64,000 nucleotides of DNA from Eledone cirrhosa (lineage: Eukaryota). Below the pieces are notes generated by a model. That model was not told the DNA's origin. It saw only the letters and a list, made by a program, of their open reading frames with translations, and searched no databases. The DNA is taken from NCBI GenBank assembly GCA_964016885.1, contig OZ024742.1, forward strand, positions 201,934,001 to 201,998,000, written 5' to 3'. Shown piece by piece: positions 1 to 16,244 of the stretch. Each line of letters begins with the position of its first letter. Within the stretch, counting starts at the first letter, position 1. The position numbers were made by a program, and so were the translations under genes.

Positions 1-650
1 CTCCGCCTACGCTTCCGCCATATTTAGAAGCCTATTTCGGTTTGTGCGTGAATATGCGTATGCATATGCACTTATTCCCCATATACCACCTACACCCAAT
101 AGTCTATGAGATTGCAAGGGTGTATCTGCTTTCTGCTTACTGTGTTCATGGAGGACCTATTGCCGGATCTAGGTCACACTCGGATGAAAGACCACCACCA
201 CACCACACCACACCACACTACATTTTGGTTCTAACCCTGTCCGTGTATGCAGTGGCTTCATCATTCGGATTTTAGCGGTATGTAATTGTACTGTAGTAGT
301 GACAAACGTTATACCATGTGGTAACTCTTACGGTCATATGTCAACGTACTTGCATGTGCCACCGCCTTTCTTATTCTCTACCACCTGAGGATTGCCACCA
401 CATATGTATGTGTCCCTGCAGGCGTACGCACAAGTATACATGCGAGATTAATTGTGCTCACACGTGGGCGAGTGTATATACACATACACACACTCGTACG
501 CCAGCACACCTACACAATCGGTCAACCTTTGTCACTATCTGCGTTGTTCTGCTCATGACTTCGATTACTCGCACACTCTAACGCCTCCAATAACCACGCC
601 AATATGTCACTGCCTTACACACATGTTCAACCTTACAGATTTGTGCAAAC

Positions 651-712
<62 letters not shown>

Positions 713-775
713 AAAATTTCGCTCTACATGACTGAATACAATAAATGTAATCTGTTTTTTTCGAATATTAATAAT

Positions 776-962
776 TGTTTCTACTTTACGCACAAGGCCA
801 GCAATTACCCAGTGTATTACTGGTACTTTATTTTATCGACCCCATAAGGATGAAAGGCAAAGTTAACCTCGGCGTGATTTGAACTCAGAATGGGAAGGGC
901 CGTAACTCCATGTGTCAAAGCATGGCGTCCGACCCTCTACCGATACTGCCAATCTTCCGCCC
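776..962 (-). mobile_element. tRNA-derived SINE family A with an 18-bp target-site duplication
   Basis: A-box-like TGGCAGTATCGGTAG, B-box GAGTTCAAATC and core GCCTTTCATCCTTATGGGGTCGATAAA (recalled as MESC/Meta-domain-like). The TSD TTTTCGAATATTAATAAT is at 758-775 and 963-980, and the empty site is visible in the opposite arm. Confidence 0.9.
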
Positions 963-1085
963 TTTTCGAATATTAATAATAACATTCGATTCGTTTGCAA
1001 TTATGCAAACAACCCTTAATGTTATAGCCATGTCAGTAGAATGAACACTTCATTCTTGCTCTTATGTTGGCATGCAAACAGAACA

Positions 1086-1125
1086 GCAGACACTAATGTT
1101 TCTGGGTATCACCCTTCATCAGTAC
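1086..1125 (-). ncRNA. Hammerhead ribozyme motif (inverted copy of 1597-1636)
   Basis: The reverse complement reads gta CTGATGA agggtgataccca GAAACA ttag TGTC tgc. Confidence 0.75.
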
Positions 1126-1596
1126 AGCTCACTGTTCACCTGCCAAACTGTAAGAGCTAATGGAAATATGTGCTATTTTCAAAAATACACAGTGACTGAT
1201 TTGCCTTATTTGTATATTAGCAGACTGGCTGATCAGTCAGATCTGCATAGTAGCAGATCCATTGATCAGCCAGATTTGCATATCAGCAGACTGGGCAATC
1301 AGTTTCCTGTATACGAAACTATATTATGCAAACTATATATGTTTGTATAAGTGCAAACGAATCGAATGTTATTATTAATATTCGAAAAACTCAGATTACA
1401 TTTATTGTATTCAACCATGTAGAACGAAATTTTCTTTTTATTTCAATTTGGCAAAGCCGGCCATTTATCGCTCGTATACAGGAAATTGACTGGCCAGTCT
1501 GCTGATATGCAAATCTGGCTGATCAGGTACTGTGTATTTTTGAAAATAGCATATATTTTCACTAGCTCTGACAGTTTGGCAGGTGAACAGTGAGCT

Positions 1597-1636
1597 GTAC
1601 TGATGAAGGGTGATACCCAGAAACATTAGTGTCTGC
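1597..1636 (+). ncRNA. Hammerhead ribozyme motif (type I)
   Basis: CTGATGA at 1600-1606, stem II GGGT/ACCC, GAAA at 1620-1623, stem III ACA/TGT, GUC cleavage triplet at 1631-1633 and a short stem I GTA/TGC. Confidence 0.8.
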
Positions 1637-1794
1637 TGTTCTGTTTGCATGCCAACATAAGGGCAAGAAGGAAGTGTTCATTCTACTGACATGGCTATAA
1701 AATTGAGGCTTCTTTGCATAAATGCAAACGCATCGAATGTTATTATTAATATTCGAAAAACTCAGATTACATTTATTATAAATATATATATATA

Positions 1795-1951
1795 GGAAAA
1801 TGTTTAACTCCGACGGCAGAGCTCAAGCCGCATCGACGGCTTGAGCTCTGCCGTCTGGGTTAAACATTTTTCTCTTACCCAGTCTACAATCCTAATTATT
1901 TAGTACTCTGGTACGTTATGGTCCATCTGGTTCCTTACCACACTGCCTTCG

Positions 1952-1953
<2 letters not shown>
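1795..1953. mobile_element. Short hairpin element in (TA)n, same family as 15523-15742
   Basis: Near-perfect palindrome at 1795-1872. The tail at 1873-1953 is the reverse complement of 15523-15605. Confidence 0.75.
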
Positions 1954-1998
<45 letters not shown>

Positions 1999-2001
<3 letters not shown>

Positions 2002-2695
2002 AATAAAAGAAACGAAATTTCATTTCTCACTCTTAGTACGGCAGTTACTTAAATGTAAGTATCTAAATATGTATACGCACATACATATATGTATACAGAC
2101 GTACAGTAGTATGTATATATATACATACATGCACACATATATATATGCACGTATCGGTTTACCGAACATTTATTATAATGCTCGGTTTGTCTGTAAACAA
2201 ACAAACAGCCCGAATTATGCCGTACAGTGTTTAGGCAACCACGTCACCTTTTTGTTCAACACTGACACAGGAACGATGTACTAGTTTCAAGCATTATAAT
2301 AAATGTTCGGTAAACTGATACGAGCATATATATATATGTGTGCATGTATGTATATATATACATACTTCTGTACGCCTGTATACACATATGTATGTACGTA
2401 TACATACATACATACTTACATTTAAGTAACTGCCGTACTAAGAGTGAGAAATGAAATTTTGTTTCTTCCATTCCATTTATCGTTTTCGGTGGGCCCGGCC
2501 GACTAAACTCACTCGATATGCAAATTAGGCTGCTCAGCTGTTTGTTTGTTCACAGACAAACCGAGCAGTATAATAAATGTTCGGTAAACCGATACTTGCA
2601 TATATATATGTGTGCATGTATGTATATATATACATACTACTGTACGCCTGTATACATATAAGTATGTGCGTATACATACATACATAGTTACATTT
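1999..2695. repeat. Inverted plus tandem repeat cassette in (TA)n
   Basis: 1999-2208 is the reverse complement of 2290-2474 and 2537-2695. A related end fragment lies at about 46380-46453. Confidence 0.75.
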
Positions 2696-2948
2696 ATATA
2701 TATAAACAAATAGTAGAAAGGAACAAGATTCTTTCAGTAGAAAATATTGAAAAGATTTTTTCAGTGAGATATCAAAAAATTAATTTTCAGCATTATATGG
2801 ATTGTCAATTGCGGATAAGCAGAATGTTGATAAGTTGCATATTTGTTCAAATAGTGATAATAATAATAATGAAGAAAATGAAAATAAAAAAGGGAAGAAA
2901 AATTGATATTCACATACATGTTCATTTCTCTTTTCATCTTACTCTGCT

Positions 2949-3035
2949 TTCGATGCCAAATTCTACAGACAGAAGTCTGGGACTGCCATGGGCACGAAAA
3001 CGGCCCTCTCTTACGCAAACCTTGTTATGTCTACA
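2949..3035 (+). pseudogene. Fragment of a Penelope-like reverse transcriptase core
   Basis: Translates FDAKFYRQKSGTAMGTKTALSYANLVM, matching the PLE RT motif F...YxQxxGTAMGT..AP.YANLFM. Confidence 0.7.
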
Positions 3036-3051
3036 TTATGTACACACACAA

Positions 3052-4990
<1,939 letters not shown>

Positions 4991-5119
4991 GATGGACTCT
5001 CCCGTCGTATTTCTACGTATGAAGGTTTAACAGTCTTCCCAGTTCATATTTAGGGTTATGTTTTAAATGGCATTTAAGTTCAGCTGCTGAGTTAGACATC
5101 ATTCCGCATTTAGTGCAGA

Positions 5120-6435
<1,316 letters not shown>

Positions 6436-7295
6436 GGTAAAGAGAAATAACAAAACAAATGACACTATGCATGAAAGAAATATATTAGTTTAACGCTTGA
6501 AATAGCATATATATATGTGTTTTGATCATAATATACCTATGGTTCTATGCACATATTTTCCTTCATATTATATCTAACGTGTAAATGTCTCTGTATGACG
6601 CACTGCCTAATAAGGCTGGCGTTTTCAATTACAGGTACAACAGAATTTTCTCACTTGTGTTGATTGGAGCAACGTGAAATAAAATGTCTTGCTTAAGACC
6701 AGGAATTGAACTCTTTTGACTTTATGATCGTGAGCCACACAACGCACACACTGAATCGCACGCCTTCCCTTTCCATATTTGTAACAATAAATATAGTAAA
6801 TCACTCTTCTGAAACAATAATAGGAGAAACAAAGACGATTTCAATCTATTAGTTTTAATCAGTAACATAATAGGTGCCTCTTATAGCACGAATATATGAC
6901 GAATGGATAAATGTCAGAACTGTGTAACAGGTCGTAGGTCATTCCCTAAGTTCAAATATATTGTAACATAATCATATACACCTGTCCATTACAACCAGAG
7001 ATTATTGTTGCTGTAGATTTGTTTTCAGAAATGATACGACAAGCTGTGACATTTATGGTCACACCTTCCTATGGCTGATGAAATCGAATGGATCTTCGTC
7101 GGTTTCGACGTTGAATGCTCAAATTGTTTGGCCAACTTAACAGCCTGCTCATTAAAACTTAACCTGATTTAGCAGAAAATATGAACAAACTGATTCGTAA
7201 TTCATATGTTCATAGTATCTTTTAAGTGCAGATCGGTGTGAGTTTGCAATATTAGAGTAAAAACTTCACCTTTCAATGTGATGCATATTTATGTA

Positions 7296-7700
7296 TACGA
7301 GGGGGTTTCAAAAAGTTTGTGAAAAAAGGACAGTTGAAAAAGAAACGGTTTAAGTTACGATGTCTAATTTTCAACACGTATGCTCCATCTAGGTAAATAC
7401 ACTTCTGTATTGCATTTAAGACCATCTGTGTAAAACTGTGAGGGCCATTCAAATAGTAAATATAACGTTTTTATTTTGTTTATTATAGATAGATTTATTA
7501 TTAATAAAGCTAATCGGAACTCTGCGTTCCAGTGATGCTAATCTTCGCAGAAAATGCGATTCTAGACACATAGGTAATGTTTACTAACATTACCTAATTT
7601 CTGTGCACGGTAGATCCGTCGGACTGCCGCTAGGAGGTGAAGTCGCAGAAACTAAAGCATTGGCTGGAGAATCTAATTTTCCGCCCACACGAAATCGTTT
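7296..7700. mobile_element. Possible mariner-like remnant
   Basis: Begins TACGAGGGGGTTTCAAAAAGTT, which resembles mariner TIR starts. No matching second TIR was found. Confidence 0.3.
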
Positions 7701-7833
7701 TTCTCACTAATTAAGGTATGTATACATTCTCATTTTTCTTTGGTTGCTGACTCAATAATACTGACTTAATTAAATCATTGAGTAAATGAGAAACGACCGA
7801 AGCTGTGTCGGTCCTATGCAATAACTTCGTTTC

Positions 7834-7881
<48 letters not shown>

Positions 7882-7884
<3 letters not shown>

Positions 7885-8418
7885 GACGGGCTGGAAGAAG
7901 TTTAGTGAGCTGCTTCCTCTGTTGACAAAGAAGGGCTTCTCCCTGCCTACGAAAGGCCGGTTATATGATGCCTGTGTGAGATGCACGATGCTGCATGGTA
8001 GTGAGACATGGGTAGCAACTGCAGAGGATATGGAGAGAAACAAAGCAAGCATGCTCCGTTGGATGTGTAATGTCAATGTGCGTGAACGACCAAGCATGAG
8101 TTGAGAGATAAACTATGTTTAAGAGGGATAAGCTGTAGTGTGCGGGAGAGAAGACTGCGATGGTATGGACATGTGATGAGCGTAGAGGATGACCGCTGGG
8201 AAAAGAAATGCCAAGAAATCCCAGTAGAAGGAAGACGCAGTAGAGGAAGATCACGAAAAACATGGGTGGAGGTGGTGAGAGCAGACCTCAGATCGCTGAA
8301 GCTGACAGGGAGAGAATGAAGGACCGTGAGAAGTGGAGAGGTGCTATGCTGAATAGGACCCGTCCCACCCTTGCAAGCAGGGAAAAGCGGACGTAAAATG
8401 ATGATGATGACGATGAAA
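7882..8418 (+). mobile_element. RTE-clade LINE 3' fragment with (ATG)n tail
   Basis: KGRLYDACVRCTMLHGSETW, RRLRWYGHVM and RSRGRSRKTWVEVV. It ends ATGATGATGATGACGATG. Confidence 0.88.
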
Positions 8419-8601
8419 TATGTACTCAATACATTAGTACTGTGAAAATATGATACATATATACATTAATGCATAAAACCATGTGCACAAAATAATGTAT
8501 CATTATAGGATCCAAGGTATATTCATGTACACACGCATGCACAATGTATATATATACATACATACAGACACACACACACACAGACACACGCACACACACA
8601 G

Positions 8602-8655
<54 letters not shown>

Positions 8656-9665
8656 TGAACGGAACAAGCAAGCATATATATATATATACACACACATACA
8701 TATATATGTAAATATATGGAAGGAGAGAGAGAGTGGTGTAAGAAAAGGCATGAAGCTATATTTTTTTTTATTTCCATCGATTCCATTGATCTCTTCCATG
8801 TTCATATGAGCGAATTATTTACTCTCATGCATTCTGCCACAGAACTAAAAGCTTTCAAACTCCTACAGTCATAGAAATTAGTACTTCGCAATTCTTTGCA
8901 TACTAACGCTTTCCACTTCAAAACGAACTTCATCTTTTTTTAGCATCATACATTAAAGAAGTGACCCGTTTTACATAATAGTTGTGCCACATTCTGCAAA
9001 AAACCATTTGTTTCTTTGAATGAACTATTTTTGTCTTGTATAAAAAGATCTCTTCAATGCCCAACGGATCGATCTCTTTAACCCAGTATATACTAACTAA
9101 TCCTATATTACAGTGTCATGTTGTTGGCGTCGTTGTTTTTATTGTAGTTATTGACGGCTAATTGGTAGAGTCATTAGTGCACCCGCATTTTTCCCATTCT
9201 CTGAGCACTATGTTCGAATCTCAATGAGTATTCTTCCTTTTATTCTTTCGAGGTTCATAAATAAAGTACAAGTATATAGGTGGAGGATTGACGTAATTGT
9301 TATAGAATCAAACTGGAGATAACGGCTTGTATCTGTAATTAAAGACTCAATCTAATCTTACACTATATCACTCTGAATCTTCTCGAAAATTATGTTATTT
9401 ATACACGTGTCTCTGAAGTGAAGAAATCAATCGGTAAGATTCCAGACCTCATTCGTTTACGGAGTGGAGTGGAACTAGTCAAATCGGAACACAGAGACAA
9501 TATTTCTATTGGGCTTTCCAATGCCGATATTATCAACCGGTCGCAACTCCATGAATTAAGCATATATGTATTCCGTAAAGAGTAATTTAAAGAGTAAGCC
9601 TTACTATTGATTGAAAAACAAAAACACCCGTCGTTGAGACCGAAGGATATCCATTTATGTTACTA

Positions 9666-9755
<90 letters not shown>

Positions 9756-9947
9756 TGTTATACTTGGGGAGGGTCATATTGTAATAATATTGCCAGAATT
9801 AATAACAGAACACACTGACTGTTTCGTTGGTTTTCACTTCTGTATCTTTTATATCAGTTAATTCATTCGGTCTTCAATGTTTACCATTGACTGACCAACG
9901 GTCAAAAATACAGATATAATATAGATATAAACACATATATGTAGTCT

Positions 9948-9989
9948 ATCAAACTTCTTTCGTTGCACAACTGCAACATCGTCAGTGGT
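9948..9989 (-). ncRNA. Minimal hammerhead ribozyme motif (family of 21618 and 40472)
   Basis: The minus strand reads acca CTGACGA t GTTGCA gttg TGCAAC GAAA gaagtt tgat. The family terminus TGACCCTCCCCAAGTATAACAAT lies at about 9755-9778. Confidence 0.65.
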
Positions 9990-10174
9990 GCTATTATATT
10001 CCTCCTGTTGTATTGTATATCTACGCCATCTTTATTTTATCTGTTTATTTATTTATCTATTTATTTTGTCTTCTTCTCTGCGCATGCGTTTGCGCGTGTG
10101 TATAGTGTTTGGTGTGTGTTCAAGTTGGGTGACTGTTTTGGTTATTGTATTCTATCTTAGTTTACTAGTGTGTT

Positions 10175-10236
<62 letters not shown>

Positions 10237-10341
10237 ATGCGAGATTTGAATTTGTATTGCGAGATTTCTTATCTGAAAACCTGTGTTGAAATATGCCCTC
10301 TCAAAGTATAACTATATATATATATATATATACATACATAC

Positions 10342-10424
<83 letters not shown>

Positions 10425-10727
10425 TGCAAGATCCATTAGGGGTACCCTATTGACATACGGCTTTTCTAGGGTAATTTTAAAACTGGGGGAGCACAACTCC
10501 CCAGGTGTGAATGTCGTAGATATCTTCCAGAGAAGGGTAGAGATTGAGTGAATGGAAGTGAGAAAGAGATATAGAGGAAGAATCAATAATACCAGTACTA
10601 GACTAGTATTTTTTATCGACCTCAAATGGATACAAGGCAAAGCTAACCTCGGCGGCATTTGAACTAAGAGATCAGAGAAACCGAAACGAATACCTCAAAG
10701 CAACAACTCTGGCATTTCGCCTTATAT

Positions 10728-10815
<88 letters not shown>

Positions 10816-10818
<3 letters not shown>

Positions 10819-11158
10819 AAAGTTCTATTTAAATTGTTGGGATACAACAAGCAAATATTTTTATAACTGATATAAAGCACTCAACAAGTATTTGGAGTAA
10901 ACATACGATATTAACAAATGGAAGCTATATTTATAAAACCACGTTTATTTTATTATACACATTTCAAGGACACCACGTTAAATTATGATGCAGCAGTAAT
11001 GGTTGCATTTTTTAAGAGTACATCAATATTTATTTATAAAACTGATCTATATTGTATTTTGTCTGATGAAAGCACACCATAACTTAACGTGGTGTCCTTG
11101 AAATATGTATAATAAAATAAACATGGTTTTATAAATATAGTTTCCATTTGTTAATATC

Positions 11159-11160
<2 letters not shown>
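10816..11160. mobile_element. Fold-back hammerhead cassette in (TA)n
   Basis: Arms at about 10905-10981 and 11085-11160 are inverted. Same family as 34160-34360. Confidence 0.8.
11055..11119 (+). ncRNA. Hammerhead ribozyme motif
   Basis: Stem I TATTTTGT/ATAAAATA, CTGATGA at 11063-11069, stem II ACACCAT/GTGGTGT, GAAA at 11100-11103 and stem III ATATGTAT followed by A. Confidence 0.8.
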
Positions 11161-11230
<70 letters not shown>

Positions 11231-12228
11231 GTGTGTGTATACTAAAACTTCAATACCTTTATGCGTGATGGCCTAAGACATGACCAAAACGAAACAGAAA
11301 GTTGTGGAGGTTAACCAGGGAGGGATTCCTCCAACAGGAGTGAGAAGACCATGGATTGGATGTACATATGAGGAAAATAATAGAACTAGAAATGTGAAAA
11401 CATATCTAAGACTTTTTATATATATACATACAAAGGAAAAGAAATTAGTTCATCGAATGTTTAATTATATTTTTCTTTTTATATTTAGTTTTAGTGTTAA
11501 TAATACCCAGTATAATTTTGAATATAGTAAATAAATACATTTTATTGTATGAGGAAGTAGAAAGTAGAAATAACGACTTTATGATCACCCTTCATGTTTG
11601 TAATATATTGTCCTTCCCCAAGCCCCCCCCCCCCCCACCGTGATGCCGCAAGTCGAATTAATGGCCTTAGAATCTTGAACCGAACAGACAAATGACTGGG
11701 CAACGTATCTTCACAGAACATCCATTAAGAGAGATTTAAACCTTTATAAAAAACGTTATAGTAACAAATCTATGAATAGTTATTAAGAGTTATCTTAAAA
11801 TCCATTTGTGCATATAAATAGCGTAAGCGCAAGGCCATTGTTATAAATCCTTATTCGTATTTCACGGGGAGACAATCTGGCGCTTGTACAATTTAGTGCT
11901 ACTTCCTGCATTAAGCTACAGGTGGGAACTTTGATTGCGTTGTCGTCAGGTTTATCGAATATATAAAATGTATTATATAAGCGTATTCTATATACAGAGA
12001 TATGGTATATGTATGTAAACCAGCGCATATAAGAAGATACACCCATATACGCACATGCATATCCATGTATTCATACATGTATCTGAGGATATAGATGTAT
12101 ATTTTATACTGCTGTGAAACGATACACACAAACACACATGCACACACACACACACACACACATACGCACACCCACATGCACACACATACATACGCTCACG
12201 CATACAAACACACACACACATAAGCACA

Positions 12229-12260
<32 letters not shown>

Positions 12261-12339
12261 CTTAGTGATATATACATATATATACATATATTTAGGGTAT
12301 GTATGTATTTCTGTGTGCATATATGCATAAGTATATATA

Positions 12340-12393
<54 letters not shown>

Positions 12394-12515
12394 GGAGGTG
12401 AGTTTTATTGTAGTACAATAAAGCAATGCAGATATCGGATAAGAAGCACTCTACAGTTTGTGGGACTGGAGTATGCATAATATAAGATCAAAAGATGGTT
12501 AAAGGAGTTCCATAT

Positions 12516-12584
12516 ATTTTATTATGCGCATTTCAAAAACAAACATCATCAAGCAATAATATTTGTGTTTTCATCAGATAAAAC
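12516..12584 (-). ncRNA. Hammerhead ribozyme motif in the PLE 3' terminus
   Basis: Reverse complement of 14778-14846. Confidence 0.8.
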
Positions 12585-13569
12585 AGGAGAACATGATATG
12601 AAGGCTAAAAAACACTTGTGGATAGTGCAGTTTTAAATCAACATATGAAAAGTGGTTTAGATTGATGTGTGATATTGGGAAAAATATTTTATTTAGAGAG
12701 GGGGGGGGGATGAAAAGGGAAGGAGATGAGAGGGAGAGATGGGTGATAGAGAGAAAGAGATAGTTTTTATAACTGAGAGGAGATATATTTTTTACATAGA
12801 GAGGTTGAAAACCGTTGGAAGATACTGTATAAATTAAAAATTTTGAAAATTAACGAAGGGAGGATATGTGCGAGGAAAAAATATTTTATTTAGGGAGGGT
12901 GGGGGTGGAAAGGATGAAAAAAAGGGGGAGGAGATGAGAGTGAAGGTGGAGAGGGAGAGATGGGTGATAGAGAGAAAGAGATAGTTTTTATAACTGAGAA
13001 AAAGATATATTGTTTTAATATAGAGAGGTTGGGAACCGTTGGAAGATAATGTATAAATTAAAGGAATTTGAAAATTAACGAAGGGAAATTATGTATGAAG
13101 ATAGAGAGAAAAAAATAATAATTGTAGGTGAATATTCTAACGTCAAAAGAAGAAATGTATGTATTGTGGCAATTTCAAAATTAGCGAAGAGAAAAATTGT
13201 TAAGGTTTGTGTGTAGAAGGATTTGAGAAAAATAATGTGAAGTTAAAGTTTGTATATTGATTGAATTGATAATATGTGCGAATAAAGAGTTAATATGTAT
13301 TAATAATGAGTTCGTTGATGGGGAGAAAAAAATAATAATAAATTAAGGATGAAATTGAGATTAAAAAGATTTATGATAGAGAGAAAAAATAATAATGATT
13401 GCGGATGAATATTAAAAACAAATGTTATGATTTTACGAGAAGATAGAATGAGGGTAATGAGTAAACGAGTATTATAGAGTGTTTAAAGTAAGGTAGATGG
13501 GTATATTTTAAAGAGGTGTATGTATGTGTGCCTTTGAGAAAAGATTCTAAATTGATAAAGAATTGAATA

Positions 13570-14213
13570 TTAACTGTATACTTTGTGAAAAGTTCTATGG
13601 AATTTATGCAGGCAGATAGAAAACAAATCTGAGCGTCTATTTATTATAGAATCTAGGTTAGAGATAATGGTAAATTTTTCATTTAGGCAGAGATTACAGA
13701 TTTTAGATAGAGAGCTGTTCAAGTATGAGGATGCAGAAGAAATCTTCTTCCAAAAGATGGTATATTTAATGTTTTTGTCTTTTAAGGACCATATGAGTTC
13801 TGAGAGAGCAGTGTTAGTTCTTTTAAGTTTGTATTTGAAAGATGAATGATGATTATAGAGACGAGCTTTAAAAGAGGTGGAAGTGGAGCCAAAATAGGTG
13901 AAGGAATTGGTGCTAGTTATAATTTTACATTCATAAATTAAGTTTTTATCGAGGCAATGGTTGTTGAGAGGACATTTATTTTTAATGCGGCAGTTGCAAT
14001 TAGAGAGATTATTAATGAGTGATCTAGTGTTATCTATAGAAGGAATTGGATTGGAGAAGTTGTTTGCGATAGGAATAATAGGAATAATAGTTTCTTGATT
14101 TAGAGTTGGATTATGAACATTTAGCGAAGTTGTGTTTGACGTTGTATTTGGGTTTACAGAAGTTAGCCTAGGGTTTACAATGACGTCGGGAGTACTATTA
14201 CTGTTATTATGAA
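13570..14213 (-). CDS. PLE GIY-YIG endonuclease domain (5'-truncated open frame)
   Basis: NCNCRIKNKCPLNNHCL...IYEC...YFGSTSTSFKARLYNHHSSF...TALSELIWSLK...CNLCLNEK...INRRSD...CLH. Confidence 0.85.
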
Positions 14214-14777
14214 ATTCTTCTTTTGACGTTAGAATATTCACCCACAATTATTATTTTTTTCTCTGTATCTTCATACATAATTTCCCTTCGTTAATTTTCA
14301 AATTCCTTTAATTTATACATTATCTTCCAACGGTTCCCAACCTCTCTATATTAAAACAATATATCTTTTTCTCAGTTATAAAAACTATCTCTTTCTCTCT
14401 ATCACCCATCTCTCCCTCTCCACCTTCACTCTCATCTCCTCCCCCTTTTTTTCATCCTTCCCCCCCCCCTAAATAAAATATTTTTTCCTCGCACATATCC
14501 TCCCTTCGTTAATTTTCAAAATTTTTAATTTATACAGTATCTTCCAACGGTTTTCAACCTCTCTATGTAAAAAATATATCTCCTCTCAGTTATAAAAACT
14601 ATCTCTTTCTCTCTATCACCCATCTCTCCCTCTCATCTCCTTCCCTTTTCATCCCCCCCCCTCTCTAAATAAAATATTTTTCCCAATATCACACATCAAT
14701 CTAAAACCACTTTTCATATGTTGATTTAAAACTGCACTATCCACAAGTGTTTTTTAGCCTTCATATCATGTTCTCCT

Positions 14778-14846
14778 GTTTTATCTGATGAAAACACAAA
14801 TATTATTGCTTGATGATGTTTGTTTTTGAAATGCGCATAATAAAAT
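14778..14846 (+). ncRNA. Hammerhead ribozyme motif in the inverted pseudo-LTR
   Basis: Stem I GTTTTAT/ATAAAAT, CTGATGA at 14785-14791, a long stem II, GAAA at 14828-14831 and palindromic stem III ATGCGCAT followed by A. Confidence 0.82.
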
Positions 14847-14877
14847 ATATGGAACTCCTTTAACCATCTTTTGATCT

Positions 14878-15522
<645 letters not shown>

Positions 15523-15524
<2 letters not shown>

Positions 15525-15740
15525 CGAAGGAAAAGTGGTAAGGAACCAGGTGGACCATAACGCACCAAAGTACTCAATACTTAGGGTAGTAGAGTGGGTA
15601 ATAAGAACAAGTAAGACCCCGACGGCTGAGCTTAAGCCGTTTCGACGGCTAATTCTGGACTTAGAATTCTGGACTTAGAATTCTGGTTCAGAATTAGCCG
15701 TCGAAACGGCTTGAGCTCAATCGTCGGGGTCTTACTTGTT

Positions 15741-15742
<2 letters not shown>
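15523..15742. mobile_element. Hairpin element carrying the 3' half of a hammerhead
   Basis: Arms at 15605-15656 and 15690-15742. It contains GAAACGG...CGTC and a tandem TTCTGGACTTAGAA at the centre. Confidence 0.7.
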
Positions 15743-15799
<57 letters not shown>

Positions 15800-15804
<5 letters not shown>

Positions 15805-16182
15805 GAAGAAGTTATAGTTCGCTTGAAGCATTGTGTAATGAGGTATAAACGTTTGTAGTTGTAGGGCCAAAACAATGCAGGTATGGATATAGAATATAAA
15901 TGCAAATGCAAAAGGCACTGTTGTAAATTAATCTTTTACCTTAAATTTATTTAAATATCCTTAATTTTCGAGACAATATCTCTTCTTCGGAGGGAAGTAA
16001 AGTGGCAAGCTATTTAGAACGCTGGATTAACCACTTTACTTCCCTCCGAAGAAGAGATATTATCTCGAAAATGAAGGATATTTAAAAAAATTTAAGGTAA
16101 AAGACTTGTCAACAATATCTTTTGCATTTGCATTTATATTCTATATCCATACCTGCATTGTTTTGGCCTTACAACTACAAAC

Positions 16183-16183
<1 letters not shown>
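15800..16183. mobile_element. Fold-back cassette with an ultra-minimal hammerhead-like core
   Basis: Arms at about 15844-16005 and 16031-16183. The minus arm reads cct CCGAAGA agagatattgtctc GAAA ATTA agg. Confidence 0.7.

Positions 16184-16240
<57 letters not shown>

Positions 16241-16244
<4 letters not shown>

Larger units (their letters stand above)
710..1778. mobile_element. Fold-back PLE-type terminus (inverted plus partial tandem copies) between (TA)n tracts
   Basis: 710-1315, minus the SINE insert, is the reverse complement of 1352-1435 and 1473-1778. Both arms contain a hammerhead core. (TA)n lies on both flanks. Confidence 0.8.

Noticed and set aside
776-962. tRNA gene
   Set aside because: A and B boxes are present but there is no cloverleaf. 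It is multicopy with a TSD and tail, so it is a SINE.
15651-15690. Short direct repeats as a CRISPR-like array
   Set aside because: They are tandem 14-mers without spacers in a eukaryotic context, at the apex of a fold-back.
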